Part shown: positions 1-10,800 of the stretch, piece by piece | Layout of the letters: every line of letters starts with the position of its first letter | Numbering within the stretch: position 1 is the first letter of the stretch | From: a virus | Lineage: Duplodnaviria > Caudoviricetes | Length of the DNA: 64,000 nt | IMG/VR virus record: IMGVR_UViG_2687453683_000002 | Coordinates: 56,235-120,234 of that record | Reading direction: 5' to 3' (one strand) | Made by a program: the position numbers and the translations under genes | Notes under the pieces: generated by a model | Databases searched by the model: none | The model's input: only the letters and a program-made list of their open reading frames with translations | Told to the model about the DNA's origin: nothing

Positions 1-1
1 A

Positions 2-1720
2 ATCTTTCCAGGCCCTTGGGTGCTTATGATTGTCATCATCTTCCCTTAGCGGTGGCATAGAATTAGAAGGGACATTCCAAGACAGATAATGCGCTTGATA
101 CCTTGCACCGAACTTATTTCGCTTGACCATAATGGAGTCAATACCGTTACTTGGGTAGTACGGATACTCCTTCATAACAGGAAGTAGAACCTCTTGCTTG
201 ATGCTTGCATCGTCATAATCGAATTGACCGGACTGCTTGAGAGCGGCTTCTACGGTAGCCCCGTTCTTGTTGTATGCGGTCCCTGAGAATAAGGCAGACG
301 GTGTGCCTTCTGCGTTCCGATTGGTCTCGATATGAATTTCAAGGAACATCCGACCGGATACCGGAGTGTAGCCACTCACTCCATCTCCACTCACTGCTTC
401 AATGGTCACAGAGGACATGCCCTCAATTCCAGTGATATTGAACTGCCCCATCAACTGAGCATCGTTCCTGTTACTTGTCGGCTCTACCGCCCCGATGGTA
501 TTGAATTTCCCAATTTCCTGTCCTGCGATGGTCAGTGTGACAGCTTCGTCAGGCATGTCGCCATCCGTGTCACCCATTAGCCATACCTTTACATACGACC
601 CTGCATTGACCATCGGTTTACCTGAGATAATGGTGGACGTTTTCGTTTGTTTCCGGTAGAAGTCAAACGTGATATCCCGATTAATAACCTCTTCAGTCAA
701 ACCGTTCACATCGAAGTCTCCCATGTAAAGAGGAATCGCAGGTACGGCGTTGTCATCCCAGACAGGAGCAGTGTCCGCAACGATAATCAGCATGAGCGAC
801 TTACCGTCCACGAATCCTTTGACGAACACCTTACTGTCGTCCCACCAGTTCGTAAATTTTACGTCAACGAAGGCAATTTTCTCTGTGTGCTCAAGCTGAG
901 GGATTCTTGTACGGGACGTGACTATTGGCGACTGATACATCTGAGGGAAAGAATCAGTAATCCGTGACTGAAGAGCGTTTGTATTGTCGTCCAGACCCCA
1001 CATGCTTGTCTGAACCTCAACATCCAAAGCCACCCGTTTCAATTCATTGACGTTCTCCCACCCAACCAACATCTTCCCGTTTCCAATCCACTTCTCAAGC
1101 TGGTAGAAGTAAAGCGTATGCCGCTCAAAGAGGGCCTCTTCGTTAGCTTTCTGAATTGCCCAAGAAAATACGCCGCTGTCCTGCGGTGTCAACTGAGTAC
1201 CGTAATCGGCATTTTTGTCATAGATTGCGAATGGTACTTTACAGTCCGTCCGTCCGATCTGCTCATTAATGTGAGCCAGCATCGCCATGCCGAACAGGTT
1301 TCCGGATATATTTTTGACGACGATGTGCTTGGTCACATAAAAGTCGAAGGTGTCCGCTGACCCGACTGTACTGTAGTAAATCGCTACCTGGCCGGATACC
1401 CCTGCTTCAAAAGTAATCGTGGTGGTTTCATCAGTGTTCTTGACCGCCGTGTAATAGGATGTTGGAGCAATCTCCCCATCAAGGTAGATGTAGTAATCAT
1501 CGTTAAGTACCTTCGGCAAGTCTATTTCAGGGTTAGCCAACGGAAGGTAGAAACGCTTGATTGTTGGCTTGGTCAGCTTGTTAGAGTAGGCTACTTTAGT
1601 AAACTCTGTTACCTTTGACCAGCCGTTGGTTGTCATAATTCCAGCAAGTCCTTCTAGCAGGAACTCTTCGTTTATGGTCGTGTCGAGCCACGGCGTTGGC
1701 TGATATGACGTATCTGCCAT
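2..1720 (-). CDS. Distal tail / putative receptor-binding or fibre protein, partial (3' end outside the window)
   Basis: ATG at 1720 after RBS AGGAGGTGA; reads MADTSYQPTPWLDTTINEEFLL... and appears open to the window edge (absent from the ORF track, presumably for lack of a stop codon); lies downstream of the tail hub. Confidence 0.6.
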   Translation of the reverse strand, partial: MADTSYQPTPWLDTTINEEFLLEGLAGIMTTNGWSKVTEFTKVAYSNKLTKPTIKRFYLPLANPEIDLPKVLNDDYYIYLDGEIAPTSYYTAVKNTDETTTITFEAGVSGQVAIYYSTVGSADTFDFYVTKHIVVKNISGNLFGMAMLAHINEQIGRTDCKVPFAIYDKNADYGTQLTPQDSGVFSWAIQKANEEALFERHTLYFYQLEKWIGNGKMLVGWENVNELKRVALDVEVQTSMWGLDDNTNALQSRITDSFPQMYQSPIVTSRTRIPQLEHTEKIAFVDVKFTNWWDDSKVFVKGFVDGKSLMLIIVADTAPVWDDNAVPAIPLYMGDFDVNGLTEEVINRDITFDFYRKQTKTSTIISGKPMVNAGSYVKVWLMGDTDGDMPDEAVTLTIAGQEIGKFNTIGAVEPTSNRNDAQLMGQFNITGIEGMSSVTIEAVSGDGVSGYTPVSGRMFLEIHIETNRNAEGTPSALFSGTAYNKNGATVEAALKQSGQFDYDDASIKQEVLLPVMKEYPYYPSNGIDSIMVKRNKFGARYQAHYLSWNVPSNSMPPLREDDDNHKHPRAWKD

Positions 1721-1735
1721 TTCATCACCTCCTTT

Positions 1736-2122
1736 CTATTTGAGAGTTTGGTAGTTTGCCCATACTACCTTAGGCTTGCCGCCTTCATTAAAGAACTCAA
1801 AGTGAAGTTGCGTTCCCTGTTTACACGGGATAATCGCCGTCAGGTACATACCCTCCGGTAAATCCTTCGTGTAAATGTTCTTACATACCAGCCGTTCCCC
1901 TACGTACAAATTCCAATAGTCTCTTGCTTCATAGTTGGATACGCCGACTGCAACGGAAAGCAGCTCACAATCCTCTTGAATGGTCAGCTTGTGTTCAACT
2001 TTGCCCGACATTTGGGACTCTATCATAATCCCTTCAATGTACGGGTTCGTTTTGGTAGGCATAAAAGGAGGGTCGAGTCTACCGCCTACCAAATAACTTG
2101 CAAAATTTGCTCCGCTAGACAT
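1736..2122 (-). CDS. Small tail-tip/baseplate-associated protein
   Basis: 128-aa ORF tightly coupled to its neighbours in the tail operon. Confidence 0.55.
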   Translation of the reverse strand: MSSGANFASYLVGGRLDPPFMPTKTNPYIEGIMIESQMSGKVEHKLTIQEDCELLSVAVGVSNYEARDYWNLYVGERLVCKNIYTKDLPEGMYLTAIIPCKQGTQLHFEFFNEGGKPKVVWANYQTLK

Positions 2123-2125
2123 TCA

Positions 2126-2542
2126 CTACACCGCCTTAATATATTCGAGCTCCAGATTCTTAAATAATCCGTTCTCTCTAATAATAGTCGCTCTAACTGT
2201 GCTGAAAGATGCGATATCCGTTTCCTCTTCTAATTCCTCATTGACCAAGGCAGGATATGTAATCTCTATCAGGAAGCCTTCCACAATTAAATTTGCATCC
2301 CTCTCAAGGGTCAGAACTTCGATTACACCGTTATCGTATGTGTATACCACAGAGGTTACAAGAGCAGTATAACCTGCCAATTCTCTGCGGGCTTCCACGT
2401 TAATTACATTCGGTTCTTCAAGTGCATCCATGACAGTTAAATCATCGCCGCCAGTGTACAGACCGGACTTCTTCATCTCCCTACGGATTAAATCGAGTAT
2501 GGGATAGATTTCATTCGCGTTTACAAAGTTCCTAGTGTCCAT
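2126..2542 (-). CDS. Phage tail-operon hypothetical protein
   Basis: ORF 2126-2590; start reassigned to ATG 2542 (MDTRNF) behind a GAGGTG RBS. Confidence 0.6.
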   Translation of the reverse strand: MDTRNFVNANEIYPILDLIRREMKKSGLYTGGDDLTVMDALEEPNVINVEARRELAGYTALVTSVVYTYDNGVIEVLTLERDANLIVEGFLIEITYPALVNEELEEETDIASFSTVRATIIRENGLFKNLELEYIKAV

Positions 2543-2627
2543 AGCATACACCTCACCTTCCATAGCATTATAAGAAAAAGCAGGGAACAATTAGCGCCTT
2601 AAGCGTAAGTGCTCCCTGCCTATGTGG

Positions 2628-5600
2628 TTATCCTACTTCTGATATAGACTGCCACGTCAACTCTAGGTAGTTGACGATGCCATCGCTGTTACCGACGATT
2701 CTGTTCCCTTTAACCAAGAAGTAATTGGCAGTGAACGTCTTGGAATCGTATACGTAGACAGAGTCCAGCAGTTCGATTAACGGATTACCTTTGACTACGA
2801 CGTTCTTCGTTCTTGCCTGACGTTTGTAATCGAAGAAAATCTTATTGGCTACATCCTCCTTCAAGTCTCTCATGGAGTTTCCGTCGATCTCTTCAATCCA
2901 ATCCAACTGAGCACCCGCCGTGCGGATATTCCCCTTGGTTGCGATAATCAGAGACTTGTCGAAGAAGTGTTCCACGATACCCGCTGTACCGGAAATCATC
3001 AAGTGGTTTCTGACACGAGAGTAATCCGTAGAAGAAGTAACTTCCAGTAGATTCTCTCCATCAATGAACTCCCACTTCATACCCGCTACCATAGCCCAGT
3101 CTGGTGAATCGAGGAAGTCCATCTTCTCCATTCGGAACGTCCCATACCTGTCGCAGTAGGCACGGTAAGGAATATCTTGAATAATGGACTGTACGGCATC
3201 TGAAGCGTTTGTACCTATTGAGAAGGATACACTTGCCACGAACGGATTCTGCCAGCCGCCCACTTCCATAATATTTTGTTGAGTCACGGCTTCAAGTTCT
3301 CCGCTCTCCTTGTTGAATTTCATGAAGGTGTTCTTCCCTTTGTTCACGTCAATGTAAACTGTATCCTCGATTACGTAGTCAGGATTGCTCATATCCTCCG
3401 AATGAAATTTCCAAGTGCTCATGCCTGCATGGACAACAATGTCTTCTACAATGCTTGATTTAATCCAGGAGAACGCCCCGCTATCTCCTGCATAAGCTTC
3501 TTCCGGTGGGTACTGCATAGGCTTGTAGAAGATAAATTCCTCAAGCATGTCGTACCTGTCCACGCAACTAAACGAGACGGTTTTCTCTTCGGAGTTCTCC
3601 GTAATCTCCCCTTTAATCATTCCAGTGAATACACGGACAACTTCTTCCCCATATCCCGCATAAATCCTGATTGGAGTGTACTCGCTAATAACATGTCGCA
3701 GTTCTCCTTCTTCGTAATAGCTCAACGGAGACTTGTCCGTCTTAAATGAGTCAGGGAACTCTGGTCTACGCTCCCAAGATGGAGAATAAATACCCGAAGA
3801 GTTGTCCAGCGTTAGCCGTGCGGTACTAATAGTCGTATCAAGGTGGGTGTTGATTTCCCAACTCATTACATCTTTCTCAATGGTGTACATGTCTTCATAA
3901 ACGAAGTCCCCAACTTCATACCACTTCTCGTCATACGTGTCACCGATGGCAGTAGCTAGTTGCTCGATGGCATAGTCGTTGGCAGCGTACTTCACACTGT
4001 CGAGATACATCGTTCCATCCGTCACTGCAAACAGAATTCTGCTTTGGTACGGATAGTCGAATGCCGCCCCACGAATTCCGGTGTTAACCCAGACATCATT
4101 TATCTTCACATATACATCGATATCCGTTTGGTCATGGCAGACTACAGTGTACTCGATAAAATCAGAAGTCGTGTTTAGCTTAAACGTGCCGCCACCAGAT
4201 GTATAAATTTGGTCATCCTTGATGTTCAGAAGAAACCCCTTCGTTCCATCACTAATAACTAACTTACCGCTGGTACCCGCCGCTGTCTTCAGGCTAAAGT
4301 TAATCGTAAACGGAAACTTCTTGATTTTACCTAGCCGCTCGATACCTGCTTCACCTCCGCTGGTCGAGATTGCTTGGTAATCTCCTTTGTCCTTCTGTAC
4401 AACCGTGCTGTACGGAGTCCAGTTGTTGGCACTATTCATTCCATCTTCAAAGTCCCACATTGCCTTCGATTCAACGGTTTCTACATCAAACTCTTTCGCT
4501 CTGAGCCACAAGATACCGAACTTTCCTCTCGACGCTTTCGAGGAATTGGCGAAAGTGAATTTCACCACGTTATGTCCTTTTGGCATCGGTATGGAAGGTG
4601 GGTATGCCACTCCGTTTTTAGCGCTCACCCCGTTGATACGCACTACTTCGTAATCATTAACTGTGACGATAATCGTGTCATCCAGTTCAAGGTCAGAGAA
4701 GTATGCCCAGCCAAGGTTTCCTGCCTTAAACCAATCGTGCTCGAAAATCAGCGTCTTTGCCTGGCCCGCCCCGCCCGTTCCGTTAAATCCGAGGACGTTC
4801 ATCGAAGTCTTGTCATCAACAACAGTCATTTGCACTGCACCGTTTGTCTCTGTGTACTTCTTGACATCAAGTGCAGTCTTCTTGGTTGTAAATTCCTTGA
4901 AGTAAGTTTGTTTAGTGGTTGTCCTGTTGTATTGGTACGTGACGATTTCCTTGTCGATGCTGGCATCTCCAGTCGAGTCTGCCGTTCTTGGTTTACCATC
5001 GCCCCAAGACTTGACTCGTACAACAACGGGCTGCCTTCCAAACTTGAGGGCATTCGCCTTCGTATCATAAAGAATGTCAATTCGGTTGCCTTTGATATCC
5101 CCGCCCGTGTCATCCGCAAGATACTCTCCCCAACTCGTTCCATTCACAATCAGTTCCACTTTGCTCTTCAAAGGGATGACAGAGGGATCTACCGCAATAA
5201 TCTTCCAGTTCTTCCATGTCCGTACGTCTGTACCGCCCCGTGTGATTCCAATACAGCCAGGGCAGTCTGCTACATATGCCGTTGCTTCCATGTTGTATTC
5301 CACGTAGGAGGTCGAGTCTGCCATTACTTCTGGAGCGTCCATTAGAACAGAAGCATCCTGAATGTTCCTTGGGTCAATTTTCTTGCTTGCTGTCTGAATA
5401 GTTTTCTTGCCCCGAAGGTACGGTTCAGGATTCTGTGCTACGTCGTTAAATCGTACTTCAAAGTGCAAGTGTGTTCCGTCACCACCACCGCTGGAGATGG
5501 AGTGTCCGGTATTACCTCCAAGACCTACAATACCACCTGCGTTAACCTTATCCCCCACACTGACACTGATTTTGTTTAAGTGGGCATACCTTGTCTGCCA

Positions 5601-6125
5601 CCCGTTTCCGTGATTAACGTAGACGACTTTACCGTACCCTCTTAAGGTGCTGGCGATGGCTACTGTACCTGCCCACACAGCGTAAACAGGGTCGTTCATC
5701 GCAAGGTCAAGGTCAATCCCTTTATGCTTTTTACGGGAACAGCGAGGGTCTGTCTCGAACCAATCGGTGATATACATCCCGTTGATGGTTCGCTCCCCAT
5801 TCTCCTTCCCGTGCATCGTTGAACTTGCTTTTATTGGCATGGAGAAGTCTGCGTTTCTCAGGTCGGTGCTGGTATCAATCAGCGTACCGTCAACGTAGTT
5901 CGTAATCTTCTCCGCTTTGTCGATGGATAGCATATCATTCACTGCACTGTCTACCACATACTGGACTGCATCGTATTTTCTACGGAAGCCCCGCACGTAT
6001 GATGTTTTGTCCAACTCTACGATTACCTTCGGCTCGTTCCCTAGCGCGTTTACACGCTCCATGATGCCTTGTAGCAACTGCCTTGAAGGGTAGTTAACGT
6101 TAGATACATAAACCACTTCAGCCAC
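2628..6125 (-). CDS. Tail hub / tail-associated lysin with M23 endopeptidase, 3D (MltA-like) domain, putative sugar-binding beta-sandwiches and a C-terminal Tal-like region
   Basis: M23 motifs HKGIDL, YAHL, HLHFEV; 3D motifs ATAY, IAVDP..IPL, ADDTGGDIKGNRIDI; position after tape measure and Dit-like genes. Confidence 0.8.
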   Translation of the reverse strand: MAEVVYVSNVNYPSRQLLQGIMERVNALGNEPKVIVELDKTSYVRGFRRKYDAVQYVVDSAVNDMLSIDKAEKITNYVDGTLIDTSTDLRNADFSMPIKASSTMHGKENGERTINGMYITDWFETDPRCSRKKHKGIDLDLAMNDPVYAVWAGTVAIASTLRGYGKVVYVNHGNGWQTRYAHLNKISVSVGDKVNAGGIVGLGGNTGHSISSGGGDGTHLHFEVRFNDVAQNPEPYLRGKKTIQTASKKIDPRNIQDASVLMDAPEVMADSTSYVEYNMEATAYVADCPGCIGITRGGTDVRTWKNWKIIAVDPSVIPLKSKVELIVNGTSWGEYLADDTGGDIKGNRIDILYDTKANALKFGRQPVVVRVKSWGDGKPRTADSTGDASIDKEIVTYQYNRTTTKQTYFKEFTTKKTALDVKKYTETNGAVQMTVVDDKTSMNVLGFNGTGGAGQAKTLIFEHDWFKAGNLGWAYFSDLELDDTIIVTVNDYEVVRINGVSAKNGVAYPPSIPMPKGHNVVKFTFANSSKASRGKFGILWLRAKEFDVETVESKAMWDFEDGMNSANNWTPYSTVVQKDKGDYQAISTSGGEAGIERLGKIKKFPFTINFSLKTAAGTSGKLVISDGTKGFLLNIKDDQIYTSGGGTFKLNTTSDFIEYTVVCHDQTDIDVYVKINDVWVNTGIRGAAFDYPYQSRILFAVTDGTMYLDSVKYAANDYAIEQLATAIGDTYDEKWYEVGDFVYEDMYTIEKDVMSWEINTHLDTTISTARLTLDNSSGIYSPSWERRPEFPDSFKTDKSPLSYYEEGELRHVISEYTPIRIYAGYGEEVVRVFTGMIKGEITENSEEKTVSFSCVDRYDMLEEFIFYKPMQYPPEEAYAGDSGAFSWIKSSIVEDIVVHAGMSTWKFHSEDMSNPDYVIEDTVYIDVNKGKNTFMKFNKESGELEAVTQQNIMEVGGWQNPFVASVSFSIGTNASDAVQSIIQDIPYRAYCDRYGTFRMEKMDFLDSPDWAMVAGMKWEFIDGENLLEVTSSTDYSRVRNHLMISGTAGIVEHFFDKSLIIATKGNIRTAGAQLDWIEEIDGNSMRDLKEDVANKIFFDYKRQARTKNVVVKGNPLIELLDSVYVYDSKTFTANYFLVKGNRIVGNSDGIVNYLELTWQSISEVG

Positions 6126-6130
6126 CTGCC

Positions 6131-7174
6131 TTATCTATATTTCTCCGTAATCCACTCTATAAATCTGTTGAGGAAGGTTACGGCTTCCGCTCTTGTAATA
6201 CACGCTTCCGGTTCAAACTGACCATCTTCATAAAGCGGGAACACATAACACCCGTCATGGAATTTTTCATCCAACAGGGTCAGTACGTCGTTCGAGTACC
6301 ATCTGGAAAGGATAACATCCTTATCCAGAATCGGTCTCAGCGGCGTATCATTGTATGTGAACGCACGATCGGTGTACCGATTATGCAGATTCTCGTAAAT
6401 ACGGCTCATAAGTGAGAAGAAGTCTCCGCGACGAATACGAACGTCTCCGAAAAATCTGTCGTTGTACGTCACTCGCCCTGATTCCACGACGACCGTTTCA
6501 CTTGTACGTCTACTCACCCCTTTAATTACGGCGTTATACCCTATGACAGCAGGGAAGCCATTGTACATGTATGGCAAGTAAACTTCACCCTTATGAATGA
6601 CAAACACGTCACGCTGAAATCCGATCGTGTTCCGGATGACCACGCCTGCATCACTTCCTGCGCCAACGGTGACGAGAAGTCTCTTCAGCTTCACCCCAAG
6701 GACTGTACAAGACTCCGGTTGGTTGCTGTAGCTGAAATGGTATGTTGAAGCATACTTCAGGGTTGCGTGTGGCATCCGGTAGTCGCCTACTCCATTGTAA
6801 GGGGTATTGACACACCCGATATCTTTCCGGTCAGGGATGCCATAAGCAATGACCACGACTTCGATGCCCGCCGACAGCGGGTTGGTCATGGTTACTTTTC
6901 CGTTCTCTACCTTCTCAGGAAGAACCTCCACTCCGTTCACGATAACGAACACCGGATTACTCAAGTGGTATTTGTAATCAGGTACAAGAAACTCTTGCTG
7001 TCCGCTTACGGTCACGAAGCGCTTGACCATTCGCTCGTACCCTTCTTTGAACACGTTGTACGTCATGCCGCTTAAGACTTCTACGTCACCTGTCAAATCC
7101 GTTCTCATACGGGTAATCTCAAGTGTGTCACGGTAATACCAATCCAGCGGATCTACGTCAATCCATCTTTTCAT
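6131..7174 (-). CDS. Tail protein with S-layer homology (SLH)-like motifs
   Basis: N-terminal WIDVDPLDWYY; internal IRRGDFFSLMSR; C-terminal YEDGQFEPEACITRAEAVTFLNR (SLH TRAE signature). Confidence 0.7.
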   Translation of the reverse strand: MKRWIDVDPLDWYYRDTLEITRMRTDLTGDVEVLSGMTYNVFKEGYERMVKRFVTVSGQQEFLVPDYKYHLSNPVFVIVNGVEVLPEKVENGKVTMTNPLSAGIEVVVIAYGIPDRKDIGCVNTPYNGVGDYRMPHATLKYASTYHFSYSNQPESCTVLGVKLKRLLVTVGAGSDAGVVIRNTIGFQRDVFVIHKGEVYLPYMYNGFPAVIGYNAVIKGVSRRTSETVVVESGRVTYNDRFFGDVRIRRGDFFSLMSRIYENLHNRYTDRAFTYNDTPLRPILDKDVILSRWYSNDVLTLLDEKFHDGCYVFPLYEDGQFEPEACITRAEAVTFLNRFIEWITEKYR

Positions 7175-7177
7175 TTC

Positions 7178-7798
7178 TTAGTACCCCCTCAGCAACTTGT
7201 CTACGTGTCGGTACGTCCGCATAAGAAACGTAATGGATTCTGCTCTTGTAGCCGCTTCGTCCGGACGGAAGTAAACCACAGACTCCCCGTCTGCTTCCCA
7301 GTTCGTGGCGATAAGTCCAAGCTGCTGCATATTGTCGATATACTTGTTTGCCCAATGATTTTCGATATCAATGAACTCTGTCATGTACTTGTACTCAAAA
7401 TCTTGCTTGCGGACGAGAGACATGCCGATGGTTACGATGTACTTCGTTTCCATCTCAGCGGTTTTAATATCGGGTTCTCCAGTTACGATGCCGATGTAAA
7501 CTGTACCTTTCTCGTCGTAATACTTATGTTGAGAGCCGATGAACTGAAGCCAGTCGGCATATTCCTTCTTAGAATAAAACAGCATGGTTAGGGTAGCGTT
7601 ATAATGAGACGTTCCGTTTTGCACAAGCCCGGCCGAAGAGGCCAAGGTCTGGTTGACATGGGTCTTCAGGTAAGGCGTTGGCGGTTTGTACTCCGTAATC
7701 AGCTTTGCCTTGACCTGATTAAACTGGACTCCGTTGTCGTAAAACAGTTTCTTCTTATACACCGAATCCTCTGACAAGAGGTTATTTTGTTGTGTCAT
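7178..7798 (-). CDS. Distal-tail (Dit)-position protein with a C-terminal SLH domain
   Basis: Immediately after the tape measure gene; C-terminus FIDIENHWANKYI...FRPDEAATRAESITFLMR is a typical SLH repeat; start set at ATG 7798 behind GGAGG. Confidence 0.7.
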   Translation of the reverse strand: MTQQNNLLSEDSVYKKKLFYDNGVQFNQVKAKLITEYKPPTPYLKTHVNQTLASSAGLVQNGTSHYNATLTMLFYSKKEYADWLQFIGSQHKYYDEKGTVYIGIVTGEPDIKTAEMETKYIVTIGMSLVRKQDFEYKYMTEFIDIENHWANKYIDNMQQLGLIATNWEADGESVVYFRPDEAATRAESITFLMRTYRHVDKLLRGY

Positions 7799-7855
7799 GA
7801 CCTTACCTCCTATAAAATAACTCCCCATCTCATTATAAGACGGGGAGTGGTTTCA

Positions 7856-10800
7856 CTAACTTCGGTAGTTGCTAGGATTCATCGCCTGTTGGCTACGAAG
7901 GCTTCCTACCCGCCCTACAGACAAGCCTTGTCCAATGGACTGTCCGACTTGTTGCAACTGGCGGTTTGTCATGCCGTTGGTGATGTTAGGAAGAGTGATG
8001 TTGACGGTGACATCTCCTGTACCGATCGTTGTCGTGTTATGAGTGTTGCCACGGGTAAGGTACTCGTAGCGGCTCATAGCACTTACTCCATTAGGCATGT
8101 TGAACGTTCCCGCTGTGGATTTCATTTCATCCAAGATGCCCAACTGAGCCTGTAAAGATTGCTTTTGCAAGTCACGGATTTCGGCGTTAATCTTAGTTGT
8201 TTCGTCCGCTCCCGCTGCAGGAAGTTTAGCTCTCAGATCGGCAATGACCTGGTTGATTTCAGATACCTCTTCCTTGGCATTGGCAATCCGCTTGTTACGA
8301 AGGATCGGCGAGGAGTCATCAGGGTTTCCAGTTCGTAGCTTGAGTTCCAGCAACTCATTCTCACGGTCAGAACTGTTGTCCTGAATCTTAGCCCTGCCAA
8401 TTCCGATGGAAGCAAGGTTGTACTCTTTAATCAGGGCTTGCTCATTGGCAATTGTATTCTGTAGCTGTAAAACCTGCGTTGCCTGGTCTTCGGAAAGGTC
8501 TCCGATGGCTTGGATTGCTTGAAGGTTTGCCAGCTCATTTTTCATCTGAGATAGCTTATTCAGTGTAATCTTCTTCATGGTGTCCAAGTATTCTTGAGAC
8601 TGAGTGTCCATGTTGTACGCAGCCGCCAATTCTTTTGCTTGAGCAATAAGGTCAATGCGAGACAAGCTGTTGTTAACCTTACGGACCTGACCTTGATACG
8701 TTTCTTGTTTTGTGTTCCACTCTTGCTGAAGAATGTCAACTTCCCCTTCGGATGCCACTTTATCTCTTGTCGAAGTAAGGTTATCATAAGCAGTTTTGGC
8801 ATCGGCGTACTCTTGCGACTCAGGGTCAGCGCTGTCCATGACCGCCTTGGCGTTGGCGATATACTTGTCAATGATATCCAGTTCTTCATTCAATACCTGT
8901 CGCATGGATTCGGTCTGATTCTTACGAAGTGCAATGTACTCGTCGGAATCAGTCTTCATTCCGCTCATTAGGGCACGAAGCGTGTCAATTTGACTGGTGT
9001 CCTTAATCTCATTGATACGGTCAGAGACACGGCTTAGAACAGAGCCAGAGTCGATGGAAGAGAACTCGGCTGCACCTTCCTTGTACTTCTCGTCATATTC
9101 CTTCTCCGCATTCTCTTGGAGTCTCTTGTCCTCTGCCTCTTTAAGTTTTGTTGCTTCGTACTGCTTGTTTATGGCTTTCTGTCGCATCTTTTCTGTTTCT
9201 GCAGCACGCCCAGACTTTGCATTGAACTCAGCAACGGCTTCCTCTACTGTCTGTCCACCGCTGGCTTCCCGTTGTTTGAGCCATTTTGAAAATTCTTCAC
9301 CAGTTCCTGAGAAATTGTAATAATTCATTATCTCGCCCATAATGCCAAGTTCCTCCGGTTTGTATCCTTTAGTCTTGAAAGGATTGGAAGGTCCACCTTG
9401 GGCTTCAAAGACACCGAGGTCGGATGGAGTTCCACCGAAAAAGGATGATATTCCGTTCTTTGCAGAGTAGAAAAGCCCCATCAAGTTATTCCGATTCTTA
9501 GCCCAACCGCCTTCAGCAAGCGCGTTAAACGTGTTAGCCATGCCTTTCAGGTCGTTGTCACGGTCGTCAGCCTGAGCAAGTAACCTTTCGTCATCTGTTG
9601 ACAGGTAGGACTCTGTCAATCCTTTAGCCGCTTGAGCGAGACCGATTGCCCCAGCAATCTCCATAGCCATCTTAGCGAAACCTCCCGCCAAGTTTTTAAC
9701 AGAAACCAGAGCCCCCTTGCTTAAGTCTGGAATATCCTTCAAGAACTGTTTGAACCCATTCTTGAGGGATGCCGTAGAAGACATTCCAGAGTTCATGCCT
9801 CGTACAGCATTGGACAGATCTCCGAAGGCAGGGGAGGCTTGTCGAGCAGAAGCAGCGGCTTCCCGCTGGGTCTTCTCGTAATCATCCATCGCAGTACTCA
9901 GTTTTTGGATATCGTCAATCGGAGGTAAGCCGTTTCGCTGTCTGTCCACCAAGTGGTCTTCAAATCCCTGGAAATCTCCTTGAGACATTTGGGACATCCT
10001 ATCGGACAATTTAGAGTAATTGCTATCGCTTGCTCTATGTGTATTAAACACTCCTTGATTAGCGGTACTGCTGTTCAGGGTGGTCAGGAGGCTAGGGGTA
10101 AGGACGGAAGCCAATTCAGTTCGGGTACTTAGGCGGCTGTTGTACTGCTTCGTCCGGTCGAATTTTTCATCATCCGTCAACTCCTTGCCCGGATTCCAAT
10201 TTTTAGCTTCGTCCATCGTGCTAAATAGAGTCGGCAAGTCTTTAACCTCTACCTTATTAGAATCCAGGTAGTTCTCATAGTGCTTGCGTTGCTTTTCCGT
10301 CAATCCGTTCAAATCACGTAAATAACCACCAAGTAATGGGTCTTTCTGCATCTCCCCGACCTCTTTACGCGTCATGTTCTTGATAGAATTATCAACATTC
10401 ATGCCCGATACGTTCTCCAGAAATGAAGTACGTGCAGACTCCCTCTCGAAGTTTGCACCAATCTTCCCAGCGCCCCACTTAACTCCCTTAAGCAGCATCA
10501 TCCCAATCAATACGTTAGTTAGCACGTCTCCTAACTTGACGAACAATTGGGCATTCTTTGTCACGTTTTCTGCCATGTTCATAAGTGCGTAGGACACTTT
10601 ATTGATGGTAGGGGTCATCTCCTGAACAAGAGCATCAAAGGCAATCGTTATGCTTTGCCCTGCCCGTTTAGTGTTGACGAGTGGGTTGTCTACAGATGAC
10701 TTAACCATGTTCTCATATTTAGATTTATCAAAGTTTCCACTAACTTCCATGACCTTAACGAACGTGTTCATAATTTCGTGCATCGTAGCCGCACCTTTGG

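Noticed and set aside
4374-5345. 323-aa + strand ORF and many other + strand ORFs across 300-15900
   Set aside because: Antisense shadows of the tail genes, with no RBS or recognisable motifs.
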